DNA of 64,000 nucleotides from Dendrobates tinctorius (lineage: Eukaryota), in the NCBI RefSeq assembly GCF_039654945.1, contig NW_027361869.1, positions 8,060,001-8,124,000 of the forward strand. Reading direction: 5' to 3'. The notes under the pieces are model-generated. The model did not search any database and was not told the DNA's origin. It saw nothing but the letters and a program-made list of their open reading frames with translations. Position 1 is the first letter of the stretch. Each line of letters begins with the position of its first letter. The translations under genes and the position numbers were made by a program. This document shows positions 1 through 13,236 of the stretch, piece after piece.

Positions 1-660
1 TACCTCCTCAACCATTTCCTCCCTGTTTATAAGGATTAGATCCAAGGTAGCAGATCCCCTTGTTTTCTCCCTTACCTTTTGGAAGATAAAGTTGTCAGCA
101 AGAGAGGATAAGAATTTCCTTGACCTGTTAGTTTTGCCTGAGAGAGATTCCCAACAAATGTCTGGATAGTTGAAATCTCCCATGACAACTATGTCATATT
201 TTTTGGAGAACTTGGCCATTTGATGCATAAAGAGTTCATCCATATCTTCAGCTTGCACAGGCAGCCTGTAGTAAATGCCTACAATGGTGTCCTTTCCATT
301 GTTCTGTCCTTGTATTCTTACCCAAACAGTTTCCACAGAACTCCCAGTCTCTGAAGCTTCAATCTCTGTGCAGATATACGCGTTTCTAACATACAATGCG
401 ACACCCCCTCCTCGTTTATCAAGTCTGTTTCTTGCAAATAAGTTGTATCCTTCTAGTCTTGTATTCCAATCATGTGTATTGTCCCACCAAGTTTCAGTAA
501 TTCCAATGACATCATATTTCTTTTCCTGTGTTAGTAGTTCCAATTCTCCTTGTTTGTTGCCCATGCTTTGTGCATTAGTATAGAAACATTTTAGTTTGTG
601 ATTGGTTTCTCTTTCTCCAATATTTTTATTAATTAGATTCTTTTGTCTTTGTTCTTCCTT
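1..660 (-). CDS. CR1 ORF2 N-terminal APE endonuclease (partial)
   Basis: Manual minus-strand translation below the stop at 661-663 gives [21 protein letters not shown], typical of CR1 ORF2; true start uncertain. Confidence 0.75.
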
Positions 661-743
661 TTAACTTCTAATAGCAGAGTTCTCAATAGCATTTGTCAGA
701 TGTATGGCTTTTTCTGGTCTTTTGCTTCCCTTCCCATGTTGTT

Positions 744-1706
744 CTAGTTTAAAGCTCTCCTTACAAGTGTAGCAAGGCGACTTCCAAATACATGCTTTCC
801 AGTCTTCGTAAGGTGCACCCCATCTCTAGCAAGTAGTCCATTGTATAAGTAGTTCACTCCGTGATCCAGAAATCTAAATCGTTTCTGACGGCACCATCGA
901 CGTAGCCAGTTGTTCACCTGCAGAATCTTATTCCACCTCCTTGTTCCATGGCCATCCACTGGGAGGATGGAAGAGAAGACCACCTGCGCTCCCAGTTCTT
1001 TCACTTTCTTGCCTAAGTCTTCAAAGTCTCTGCAGATGGTTTCCAGGTCGTTTCTTGCGGTGTCATTTGTCCCCACATGTAGTAGCAGGAATGGGTAGTC
1101 ATCTGTAGGTCTGAAGAGTCCTGATATCCTGTCAGACACATCTTTAATTTTTGCACCTGGAAGACAGCACATTTCTCTTGAAGTTATATCCGGTCTGCAG
1201 ATAGCGGCCTCTGTTCCTCTCAACAGGGAATCCCCCATGACCACCACTCTCCGTTTCTTCTTCACAACATTTTTCTTTCTCCATCCAAGAGGACTCTGAA
1301 GGCGTACAAGGTTGCTGTTTGTTGGCAAAGTCTTATCCTGATGTATTTCTTCATCGTTTTCCTGCGTGAGAGCCTGGTACTGGTTTCTGAGCAGTATGGG
1401 TGCTGACTGCCTCCTGATCCTCCTGCTTCTCTGGGTTACATGTCTCCATTCCTCTGTTTCTTCAGGTGCACTTCGAATTTCTTCTCTTTCTGTAACATGA
1501 AGAGATAATTCTGCTCTGTCCAAGAACTCTTCACCTTCCTTAATGATCTTCAACGTAGCTAACCTCTCTTCGAGATTTTGCAACTTTTCCTCCAACAGGG
1601 ACACAAGCTTGCATTTGTGGCATGTGAAGTTTGGCTTTTCCACTGGTAAATCTGTGAACATGTAGCAAGAAATGCAGCTCACCAAATGGCTCCTGGCCTC
1701 TTCCAT
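744..1706 (-). CDS. CR1 ORF1p (zinc finger, coiled coil, SGNH esterase)
   Basis: CISC..CHKC, VVMGDSLLRG, CCLPGAKI, LHVGTND, DGVHL motifs; likely ATG at 1706 (MEEARS). Confidence 0.88.
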   Translation of the reverse strand: MEEARSHLVSCISCYMFTDLPVEKPNFTCHKCKLVSLLEEKLQNLEERLATLKIIKEGEEFLDRAELSLHVTEREEIRSAPEETEEWRHVTQRSRRIRRQSAPILLRNQYQALTQENDEEIHQDKTLPTNSNLVRLQSPLGWRKKNVVKKKRRVVVMGDSLLRGTEAAICRPDITSREMCCLPGAKIKDVSDRISGLFRPTDDYPFLLLHVGTNDTARNDLETICRDFEDLGKKVKELGAQVVFSSILPVDGHGTRRWNKILQVNNWLRRWCRQKRFRFLDHGVNYLYNGLLARDGVHLTKTGKHVFGSRLATLVRRALN

Positions 1707-1744
1707 CTTGAGATTTCTTAAAAACGATGAAAGATGAGCCAAAA

Positions 1745-1996
1745 TTTTCCGATTTCCTCTTTTCAGCTGCAACGGCCAAAACCCAGTGATCGTTGAGCTC
1801 GCGGAGACTCTTCACTTATCCCAGAAGGGACTGGGAATATGCAAATGATCTCCTCAAGACTCTTCCCCTCGTTTTCCGATTTCCTTTTTTCAGCTGCAAC
1901 GGCCAAAACCCAGTGATCGTTGAGCTCGCGGAGACTTTTCACTTATCCCAGGAGGCACTGGGAATATGCAAATGATCTCCTCAAGACTCTTCCCCT
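1745..1996. repeat. Two tandem ~127-bp units in the CR1 5'UTR, each with an octamer ATGCAAAT
   Basis: 1745-1869 is nearly identical to 1873-1996; octamers at 1839-1846 and 1966-1973. Confidence 0.9.
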
Positions 1997-1999
1997 GGA

Positions 2000-2132
2000 G
2001 ATGTGCTCCAAATGTACAGGGAGTAGATGTATATAAATGTCTTACCTGTCTCCTGCCCTGTCTAACTGCCATGCTATAACTGACAGTAGTACTTTGATGC
2101 ATGTACTTCGATTACATGTGCATAAATGCCAC
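2000..2132 (-). mobile_element. 5' end of the L2 element belonging to the upstream histone unit
   Basis: Near-identical to 50827-50959 (offset 48827). Confidence 0.85.
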
Positions 2133-3657
2133 CACTGATCATACAACTCTGCGGGGACAGGGTGGTGGTACTGATAATACAGCTCTGCAGGGAGGAGGTG
2201 GTGGTGCTGAACATACAGCTCTGCAGGGAAAAGGTGGTGGCACTGAACATACAGCTCAGCGTGGACAAGGTGGTGGTACTAATCAGACAGCTCTACAGGG
2301 AGGAGGTGGTGGCACTGAACATACTTGTTTGCAGTGATGAGGTAGTGGCACTGATCATACAGCTCTGCAGGGATGAGGTGGTGGCACTGAAGATACAGCT
2401 CTGCAGTGATGAGGTGGTTGCACTGATCATACAGCTCTGTGGGGAGGAGGCGGTGGCACTGATCATAAGGCTCTGCAGGGACAAGGTTGTGTCACTGATC
2501 TTACAGCTCTGTAGGGATGAGGTGGTGGCACTGATCATACAGTTCTGCGGGGAGGAAGTGGTGGCACTGATCATACAGCTCTTCAGGGAGGAGGTGGTGG
2601 CACTGATCATACAGCTCTTCAGGAATGAGGTAGTGGCACAGATCATACAGCTCTGCAGAGAGGAGGTGGTGGCACTGATTATACAGCTTTGCAGGGATGA
2701 GGTAGTGGCACAGATCCTACAGACCTGCAGGGACAAGGTGGTGGCACTGATCATACAGCTCTGCATTGACAAGGTGGTGACACTGATCATACACCTCTGC
2801 GGCGATAAGGTGGTGGTACTGATCATACAGCTCTGCAAGGACCAGGTGGTGGCACTGATCATACAGCTTTGCGGGGACAATGTGTTTGCACTGATTATAC
2901 ATCTCTTAAGGTATAAGTTGGAGGCACTGATCACACAGGTCTGCAGGGAAAAGGTGGTGTTATTGAACATACAGCTCAGCGCGGACAAGGTGGTGGCACT
3001 GATCAGACAGCTCTACAGGGAGGAGGTTGTGGCACTAAACATACTGGTTTGCAGGGATGAGGTTGTGGCACTGATCATACAGCTCTGCAGGGAGGAGGTG
3101 GTGGCACTGATCATACAGCTCTGCAGGGAATAGGTGGTGGCACTGATCGTACAGCTCTGCTGGGACAAGATGGTGGTACTGATCATAAAGCTCTGCAGGG
3201 ATGATGTAGTGGCACTGATCATACAGGTCTGCAGAGACGAGGTGGTGGCACTGATCATACAACTTTTCGTGGACAAGGTGGTGGCACTGATCAGACAGCT
3301 TTGCGTGTACAAGGTGGTGGCACTAATCAGGTAGCCCTGAGGGGATGACGTGGTGGCACTGATCAAAAAGCTCTGCAGGGATTAGGTGGTGGCACTGATC
3401 ATACAGCTCTGCAAGGAGTAGGCGGTGGCACTGATCATACAGCTTGCGTTGACAATGTGGTGGCACTGATTATACAGTTCTGCGGCGAAAAGGTGGTGGC
3501 ACTGATCATACAGCTCTGCATGTAAAGGTGGTGGCACTGAACATACAGGTCTGCAGGGAAAAGGTGGTGGCACTGAACATACAGGTCAGCAGGGACGAGG
3601 TGGTGGCACTCATTATAGAACTCTGCAGGGGTGAAGTGGTGGCACTGATCATACAGG
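2133..3657. repeat. 36-bp satellite array (~42 monomers), consensus GGTGGTGGCACTGATCATACAGCTCTGCAGGGAGGA
   Basis: Clear 36-nt periodicity. Confidence 0.97.
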
Positions 3658-4676
3658 CCAAAAATGGGGGACGGGGTATGGAGTATGGCATGCGGATGGA
3701 GAGCACATTGATGCTGGAACCAGCGCGTCGCCTATCACGCTCCCCCATTAGTACATAGGCTTTCATCTGTGCTTTTTTTTTTAGTAATTACAGAAAAGCA
3801 GGAGGATTTGTGGTTTATTGGCTTCATTAATTTTCTTCTGTTACATAATATTTGTTCAGTGAACCTGCGGATAATTACACTACACTAATGTGGGGTTAAC
3901 CCGCTGTGTAGCTCTAGGACTTTTCACCAATGATGGCAATTAGCTCGATCTGCACGTGCCGCAATCTCCTCAGTCACTTACAGTATTATCGGGACTCCCA
4001 GCTGTTTCTGCACTGATTACAGGGGGCTATAAGCAGCAGATGTTCTCGAGGAGCCCGATGTGAGATGAAGGTGGCGCATCTGTGAACACTGGTAAATAAG
4101 AGGGGATCAGCAGGAACAAGGCAAGTAAGAGGTTAAACAGAGGAGGAAAGGCGTCTATGTACATCACTGAAGGCTGAGGGCGGCGCTTAACCGAGGATTC
4201 CCGCTCATTGTCTGATCGCAGGATCCGTTTGGGGATTTGAACTTCCCGCTCTTCTTCCGCCGAGGATTATTAGCGGACATCACAATCCGGTCACACAGAG
4301 AACCGCGCAGAGTCCGGCCCTCCAGAGCCGCCATCACGGGATCGCCCTCCGGGAGGAGCAGCAGTCACTGATGTGGACAATCACCGGCCGCCATCCCCCG
4401 ATACTCCGGGACGTGATAACCGCATGTAATCTCCACAGCGGAGTCAGGGGCCCGAGTATCAAGACATTCACTAATGAGGGACATTTCCTGTGACTATTCG
4501 AGGACTCCTCTCCCCACACAGGTCTGAGGCTTCATGTGATAACCCAGACATGGGCATCCTCAGTGTTTTGTGTTGAACCCCGGAATCAAGTGTGTATGGG
4601 CACCAACCTACAAACTGGTGGCGGCAGCCCGTGGTTTCTAACGTCAGTCCCATGTGAGCACGCAGAGATCAGCGGC

Positions 4677-4719
4677 GTCAGCTCTTGTGGCGACGGTGTG
4701 GGTGGCTCTTAGAAGAGCC
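4677..4719 (-). terminator. H2A 3' stem-loop (GGCTCTTCTAAGAGCC, 4704-4719), ACCCA and HDE (AAGAGCTG)
   Basis: Reverse complement reads CCAAAGGCTCTTCTAAGAGCCACCCA...AAGAGCTG. Confidence 0.92.
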
Positions 4720-4752
4720 TTTGGTGTTGTGGACAGAGATCGGCGGCAGCGC

Positions 4753-5840
<1,088 letters not shown>

Positions 5841-5874
5841 TCTGCTCAGTCTGCTGCTCCGCCATCACCCCAAA

Positions 5875-5913
5875 GGCTCTTCTAAGCCACCACCCCATCT
5901 CCATCAGAGCTGT
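5875..5913 (+). terminator. H2B stem-loop with a 2-nt deletion (GGCTCTTCTAAGCC) and HDE CAGAGCTGT
   Basis: The paralogous copy at 61741-61756 reads GGCTCTTCTAAGAGCC. Confidence 0.85.
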
Positions 5914-7591
5914 GGCTGCTCCTGTGTCCTTTCCCGTCTCCCCGAGTTGTCTGCTCCACCGCCTGCGTCTCTGCGTCTAGTGACGGGAAGTGACAGGTGA
6001 AGGAAGTAGGGATGATGAATGCTACCAAGGAGATTGTGAGAACCGAGGACCTTCTAAATAATAACCTGGTCACTTCTCCATAAGTTGCTCTGTGTTCAGG
6101 GATTACTCTTTAACCCCTTGCTCCACAGATCTTGATATTCTGGGGTCTCATTCATTTGGTATAACATGATTCGGTTTAGTTCATGATACACCATGATGAC
6201 TAATAACACTTTCTAAGCCGGGATGCTTTGAGACTGAATTTTCTACCCCATGCAGCACCAGACAGTGAGCTGACGATTTTCCTCTCTGCACTTAGTTCAT
6301 GATTCTCGTGTTTTTCCTCAAATAACAGGAGACATTTGTAGTCGGTGCAGTTTTATCTAGAGATTATGCTGGAGTCTTCACTGTAAAGGGAAGCGGTGAC
6401 GACATTTTAGAAGCAGCGGGAAATTCAAACCCCCTAACCGTCCTGTGTTCAGCCAATCCGCAGAGGGAGGGGAGGAGCTAATGTTCCCAATGGTTGACAC
6501 GTTTGCAGTTCCCGCTTTTTCTGTTCTTTGTCTCCATATAACGCGCGGTCCCAGGACGGAGCGATGTCGGGGAATCTGCAGGTGTTGAGAGGTCGCTGGT
6601 CGCTTACATCCCATACAGGAGTCTGCAGCTGTTCCTGGTTAGAGAATGAATCCGCGTTAGGCAGATGCTGTGATGCCCCGTGTGTCTGACCTGCAGGCGA
6701 TCACATCTCCCTTTCTCGTCATAATCAGTATTGTGGAGACAATATATTGGCTAGAGATGTATCCTACAAGAGACATTTCAGGGGAGACCAATTCTGCTCT
6801 TCCAAGCAGATCCCACCTGCAGCTCCAGGCAGGAGGTCTGTGATGGGAAATGTGCGATCATGTAGAGAAGATTGCCGAGAGCTCAGTGCACAATACATTA
6901 CACTGTGATGTGAGGATCCTCTAGGTCAGACATGTCATGACATCATCTCCCATCACATCCTCCTCACAGATGTTTTTTAAATAATTACTGCAGGATATGG
7001 GGCGATATTGGCGGCTGGGATCAGTCAGGATCACTGCTGAGCTCTGATTTTCAGCCTTTTCTGTCATTATGTTAATAATTGTTTTTCCTAATTAATTGTA
7101 GCTGACAGCAGGTCCCTACTCTGCAGCAATGTGAGCTATGATGTGGTGGAAAAAAGAATCATTGCCAGGGGAAGAAGAAAACACAAATATAAGGACAATA
7201 GTGTCATAATTGCCCGAAGTAATGATGACTCCTATCATAGCACAAATGTCCCTAATGCGGGAATATAAGACCTGAATAAAGGCAGAGAGGGCTTAGCCCT
7301 GGGGTTAATATAAATGTAATATTCTCTATGAAAACCGGAGATCCTGTGATTACTGAGGACTGAGCCTTATATCAGGCAGTGTATCTACCGGTGTGAGATC
7401 CCCTGGGCGGCTGCCTGTAATATCTGTGGTTACAGTCTGTTCTGTCCTCCTGACATATACTGGGGCCGTGTCTGCTCCCCTCTATTTGTGCTGCCCATTT
7501 ATCTATAGGCTGAATCTGGAATAATTCTCATCACAGGGGAAGAAGTGACATTATATTACAAGCTGGAAAGAAAAGGGAAACTGAACAATGA

Positions 7592-7733
7592 GCGGGAAAT
7601 TCAAACTCTCCAACAGTTCTGTGCTCAGCCAAACAGCAGAGGAAGGGAGGAGCTCATGTGGATTCTGTAAGCCCCGCCCTGGGGCGCGTCATCTCTGCAG
7701 TTCTCTCTCTGGTCCGTCTCTCCTGTATATAAA
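7592..7733 (+). promoter_or_regulatory. H4 promoter
   Basis: GCGGGAAATTCAAA 7592-7605, GC box 7672-7679, H4 GGTCC element 7711-7715, TATATAAA 7726-7733. Confidence 0.82.
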
Positions 7734-7754
7734 GGAGGGGTCGTTCGGTTTTAG

Positions 7755-8093
<339 letters not shown>

Positions 8094-8120
8094 TTGTATT
8101 TTCTGTGCTGATAACCCAAA

Positions 8121-8136
8121 GGCTCTTTTCAGAGCC
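8121..8136 (+). terminator. H4 histone stem-loop
   Basis: CCAAA GGCTCTTTTCAGAGCC ACCCA, followed by purine-rich GAGAGGCT. Confidence 0.97.
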
Positions 8137-9784
8137 ACCCACATCTTCTACCTGAGAGGCTACGATTTCCTATTCCTGCATTCTGGTGCCTGTAAGTATA
8201 CTAGTTGTCACAGCCTGGCATGTGTCTTGCACTTTCCTCCTTCCATACTGGAGCTGGCACCGCGGACTTGGGGTGATGTGGTTTATTCTCCTTGATCTAT
8301 AATATACAGCTGCCAGGTTCTGGGGGCATACAGTATATCCGCACTGTGCAGCACAGACATCTCTGCACCACAGTACATACCTCGCTGTGATGTGGTCACT
8401 ACAGAGCAGAAATCCAAGTTCTGCCGTGAGATGAACGTGATTCTGCTACAGGTCTTCCTGATCAGATCAGTGTGTGTGTCAGGAGGCAGCGAATACTCCC
8501 GGGGATTGTCGCTGGATAGATGCGCCTCCCCCAAAGGCTCCTATCAGAGCCGCACACATGTGTTCTACAATTCCTGATATTTGATGACTGCGGTGATGGA
8601 GTCTGGTCAGATCCTATTTCTCAGGATTGGTGTAAATCCAGTGAGGAGCGGTCACATCCTGTACCGGTAACTGCTCCCCCTTGTTAGTGGCGGCTCCCCG
8701 GTATGTCCAGCGCCTGCATCTCATCACTACCACCCTCCTCATTTACCATCTACATGTGGCCACTGATTGTGACCTCCTGACTGCTCCTAATAACATGGAC
8801 TGGAGCTACAGCCGGCAGCGGTCTCCTGTGCTCGGGCTGATGGATGAAGCCGCTCCCTCCCCGCAGCCGGACATTAGCGGCTCGTTCCCCTCATGACGGG
8901 GAGGTTTCTGGTGTCTTATCCTATTTATCAGTAGTCGGAGCCAGAAGAGAGAACAGAGTCCGCACCCCGAATGTACAGCGCCGTCATCCGAGCCTGGCGG
9001 ACCATAGCGAGGACTGGAGATGAGGCGGCTCCGGAGCCTGTGTATTTCTGAGTGCGGAGAGCGCCATCCCTCCAGAGGAGAAAAAGTCTCGCATACAAGA
9101 TAACTGCATAAATGTGGTTGGTGAGATAATGAGCAGCGGCCACCGTTCTGGGGATTGAGGGGTTAATACAATCTCACTTTACCACATGATCTGCAGGTAT
9201 AATGGCCGCTTACTCCTGACAGTGATTGGGAAATGATGTCTCTTCCACAAGCAGAGAACAGTCACTGAAGGGTTAATGATCGAGGGCCGAGAGCACGACT
9301 GAGCGGGAGATTCAAACCATCAAACGGTTATAAAGCTCCGCCCACAGGAACCGACCAATCGATAGACGTGCTTCCTCCTCCGTTTAACTCCTTATTGCCC
9401 TTCTACCTGCTGCTCCTCATGTACACGTGTTCTCCCGGCAGCGCTCAGCACATCGGGCTCCTCCTGGTAGAACATGTGCGGATTGTATCATCCGATCTGT
9501 GCTAGATGCGGCCTCCTGTGATCAGTGCGGACCCCACACGGAGACGCCCAGATATAACGTTACCGGGTCTCCGTGTGGGGTCCGCTCCGATCACTGCTGG
9601 AAGTGGAGTTGAGACTGATCAGCCCTGGAGCTGCAGGCAATGTATACACACCCCGTACGGTGCTGCACATCCTCCATACCACCTACTGGGTGGTATACAG
9701 CACTACAAAGCCTACGTGTGCTGTATACTCCCCATCTAGTGCTGCAGACACAAATCCGAGAGCATCTGTTCTATATAAGCCTGA

Positions 9785-9973
9785 ATCATGGAATGTTCCA
9801 GCTCAGTGCAAGATTCATTAAATCCTCCCAGACGGATGTCTGTCCAGCCTCTGTTTGAAGACTTCCATTGAAGGAGAACTCAACACCTCCAGTGGCAGCC
9901 TGTTCCACTTATTGATCATCCTCACTGTCAAAAAGTTCTCTTTAATATCTAATCCGTGTCTCCTCCCATTCAG
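9785..9973 (-). mobile_element. CR1 LINE 3'-terminal fragment
   Basis: Minus strand translates ENFLTVRMINKWNRLPLEVLSSPSMEVFKQRLDRH (CR1 ORF2 C-terminus) and ends in ATTCCATGATTC, resembling the CR1 3' octamer repeat. Confidence 0.8.
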
Positions 9974-9984
9974 AATCATCTACA

Positions 9985-10345
9985 GAATACCCCCATATAG
10001 TGCTGTAAACCCCAAATAGCTATTGTATGTATAGGCTCACATAGTGCTGGATACCCTCCATATAGTGACATGAGCATAAGGTAGTGCTGATACCTACATA
10101 TTGCTGAATACTCTGCACAAAGTGCTGTGGGCCCTCCATATTGTTCTATATAACATCATATGTGGCTGTATACCCCCATATAGTGCTGTAAGCTGCCAAA
10201 TACTGTTGTATACGGACACATTGTGCAGTATACCCTTCAAGTAGTATTATATATCTCCATATAGTGCTGATAATCCAACATATAGTATTTTATAGTTGAA
10301 TATCCTGTATCCATACAGTGCTGTATACTCCCCATATATTCGTGC
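9985..10345. repeat. Degenerate ~20-22-bp minisatellite (CCCCATATAGTGCTGTATAC-like)
   Basis: Recurrent CATATAGTGCTG variants; related units at about 9640-9745. Confidence 0.6.
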
Positions 10346-10509
10346 ACACCCTCATGTATTATGGATTCACGGCAAGGCCTGCCCTGCTACCAAGTCATAT
10401 GCACCCCAATAACTCCAATCCCCCCTTGGAATAAAATATAGAGGGCCTTTTAAAAAATGTCTCATTAAAAAAAGAACCAGATCTCCTAGACTTGTAATGC
10501 CCATACACT

Positions 10510-11125
10510 AAGTGTGTTGGCTGGCAAACATGTTGCCCTGTGGGTTACACCTCAACCTTTTCCATAACCAGTATTTTACGCCCAGCAAAACCACCCACCC
10601 TTGTTCGTGTGAGGACTCCTGGAGTGGACCCTCTGGGCCATGATTCCAACCCACCCTGGGCGAGCTGACCTGGTAAGGACCACCCAGGGATACAGGAAGC
10701 ATCAGAACGCCCTGGGAAATAAAGTACCATGACTGCTGGAACCAGGTGGCAGGCTCGAAGGAGGCACAAGAGACAGTGTTTAGCAGGATGAAGTGGTGGA
10801 TGATATAGTAACTGACCCAAGCTAGCAGGAGGACATGCAAAGTGAGGACAGCAGCATAGGGGGAGGGAGGCATAGCGCCCCAACAGCCAGGAAGAAGCAG
10901 TGTGGTTGCCGCAGACAGAAGGCCGGCGACTATTAACAGTAACACCAACATGATGGAAGTTGCCTGTCCATCTGTTAGGCCTTCTCAAGTCTAGTTGTTT
11001 TTTAATACTCTGCCCATAACCCCAAAAAAGGTCATTTGCACCACCTGCCATGCCAGCATCAGCAGGGGTAGCAAAACTACCAGCCTCACCACCACGAGCA
11101 TGATCAGGACCATGGTTGGTAGCAA
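10510..11125 (+). mobile_element. Decayed hAT-like DNA transposon fragment with a BED zinc finger
   Basis: FF..KKVICTTCHASISRGSKTTSLTTTSMIR resembles zf-BED; acidic region upstream; boundaries approximate. Confidence 0.55.
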
Positions 11126-11150
11126 AGCCGGCAGTATTAAAGGTCAGGAA

Positions 11151-11193
11151 TTCGCTCTTCTTGAGGGAGGATTGGGTGGCTCTGAAAAGAGCC
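11151..11193 (-). terminator. H3 stem-loop (11178-11193), ACCCA and HDE (AAGAAGAGC)
   Basis: Reverse complement GGCTCTTTTCAGAGCCACCCAATCCTCCCTCAAGAAGAGC. Confidence 0.95.
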
Positions 11194-11224
11194 TTTGTGT
11201 TGCAGTCAGGTGGGCAGGACAGAT

Positions 11225-11796
<572 letters not shown>

Positions 11797-12107
11797 CACT
11801 GTACAGAGAAGGCTCAACCTGACTCACAGTTCAGCTATCACCCACTGCTCTGATACACAGGGTCACATCCAATCTCCAGGCGGCTTCTACAGCGGAAGCT
11901 CCGATTCTATATTCCCAGTACCCAGAGCGGTACAGCAGCTCCTCTATAATCAGTCACTGACGCTCCAACTCTCACATCGGAGTTATAACCTCACACCACT
12001 CTTACTAAGATGTGGGTTACAGGTGGTGATAATTAGGATGATGGAAGTAACGTGATTTCTGCTGCACATCGGCCCCTTCCCTCCATTACACAGAACTGTC
12101 ACCTGAA

Positions 12108-12578
12108 GGCACCGATCATACAGCTCTGCGGGGAGGAGGTGGAGGCACTGATCATACAGCTCTGCGGGGAGGAGGTGGAGGCACTGATCATACAGCTCTG
12201 CGGGGACAGGGTGGTGGCACTGATCATACAGCTCTGCGGGGAGGAGGTGGAGGCACTGATCATACAGCTCTGCGGGGAGGAGGTGGAGGCACTGATCATA
12301 CAGCTCTGCGGGGACAGGGTGGTGGCACTGATCATACAGCTCTACGAGGACAGGGTGGTGGCTCAGATCATACAGCTCTGCGGGGACAGGGTGGTGGCAC
12401 TGATCATACAGCTCTGCGGGGACAGGGTGGTGGCACCGATCATACAGCTCTGCGGGGACAGGGTGGTGGCACTGATCATACAGCTCTACGAGGACAGGGT
12501 GGTGGCACCGATCATACAGCTCTGCGGGGACAGGGTGGTGGCACCGATCATACAGCTCTGCGGGGACAGGGTGGTGGC
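12108..12578. repeat. Homogeneous 13-copy 36-bp array fused to the H1 stem-loop
   Basis: 13 units; the last unit GGGTGGTGGC continues directly into TCTGAAAAGAGCC. Confidence 0.97.
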
Positions 12579-12591
12579 TCTGAAAAGAGCC
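12576..12591 (-). terminator. H1 histone stem-loop; its cleavage site and HDE form the first satellite monomer
   Basis: Reverse complement ACAAA GGCTCTTTTCAGAGCC ACCAC CCTGTCCCCG CAGAGCTGTA. Confidence 0.95.
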
Positions 12592-12618
12592 TTTGTGTAA
12601 AAGAACTGGGTCCGCAAC

Positions 12619-13236
12619 TTATTTCTTGGCCGCGGGCTTCTTGGCTTTCTTAGCCGGACTCTTGGCAGCTTTAGGTTTGGCCGCCTTTTTAGCCGGACTC
12701 TTCGTCGCCTTCTTAGGCTTGGGAGCGGCTTTCGACTTCTTGGGGCTCTTGGCCGCTTTCTTGGCAGCTGCGGGCTTCTTGGCCTTTTTCGGGCTCTTCT
12801 TGGCCGTGGTCAGAGCCTTCTTGGGCTTCTTCGGAGATTTGGCGGCTTTCTTAGCAGCAACGGGTTTCTTGGGCTTGGCTGCTGACTTCTTGGCCACTTT
12901 AGTCTCCTGCTTCTTGTTGAGTTTGAAGGACCCGGAGGCGCCGCTGCCCTTCACCTGGAGGAGGGTGCCCTTGGTGACCAGAGACCTGACGGCCAGCTTC
13001 AGGCGGCTGTTGTTCTTCTCTACATCGTACCCTCCGGCAGACAGCGCCTTCTTCAGGGCGGCCAGAGACACCCCACTGCGCTCCTTAGAGGCTGACACGG
13101 CTTTCACGATCAGCTCGGAGACGCCAGGACCGGAGGATTTCTTGCTGCTCTTGGCGGCGGATTTCTTTGGCTGCTTCTTGGACTTGGCAGCCGGTTCTGC
13201 GGGAGGGGGAGCGGCGGCTGGCGCGGTCTCTGCCAT
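12619..13236 (-). CDS. H1: Linker histone H1 (somatic), 205 aa
   Basis: Globular domain [26 protein letters not shown]...[13 protein letters not shown]-rich tail with SPKK motifs. Confidence 0.99.
   Translation of the reverse strand: MAETAPAAAPPPAEPAAKSKKQPKKSAAKSSKKSSGPGVSELIVKAVSASKERSGVSLAALKKALSAGGYDVEKNNSRLKLAVRSLVTKGTLLQVKGSGASGSFKLNKKQETKVAKKSAAKPKKPVAAKKAAKSPKKPKKALTTAKKSPKKAKKPAAAKKAAKSPKKSKAAPKPKKATKSPAKKAAKPKAAKSPAKKAKKPAAKK

Larger units (their letters stand above)
1..1999 (-). mobile_element. CR1-clade LINE, 5' part (5'UTR, ORF1, start of ORF2); runs off the window start
   Basis: ORF1 has a Cys-rich N-terminus and a GDSL/SGNH esterase domain; the ORF2 N-terminus reads [19 protein letters not shown] on the minus strand at about 600; 5' junction at 1999/2000 with the L2 5' sequence. 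Confidence 0.9.

Noticed and set aside
12108-12578. CRISPR-like 36-bp repeats
   Set aside because: Head-to-tail with no unique spacers, no cas genes, eukaryotic context
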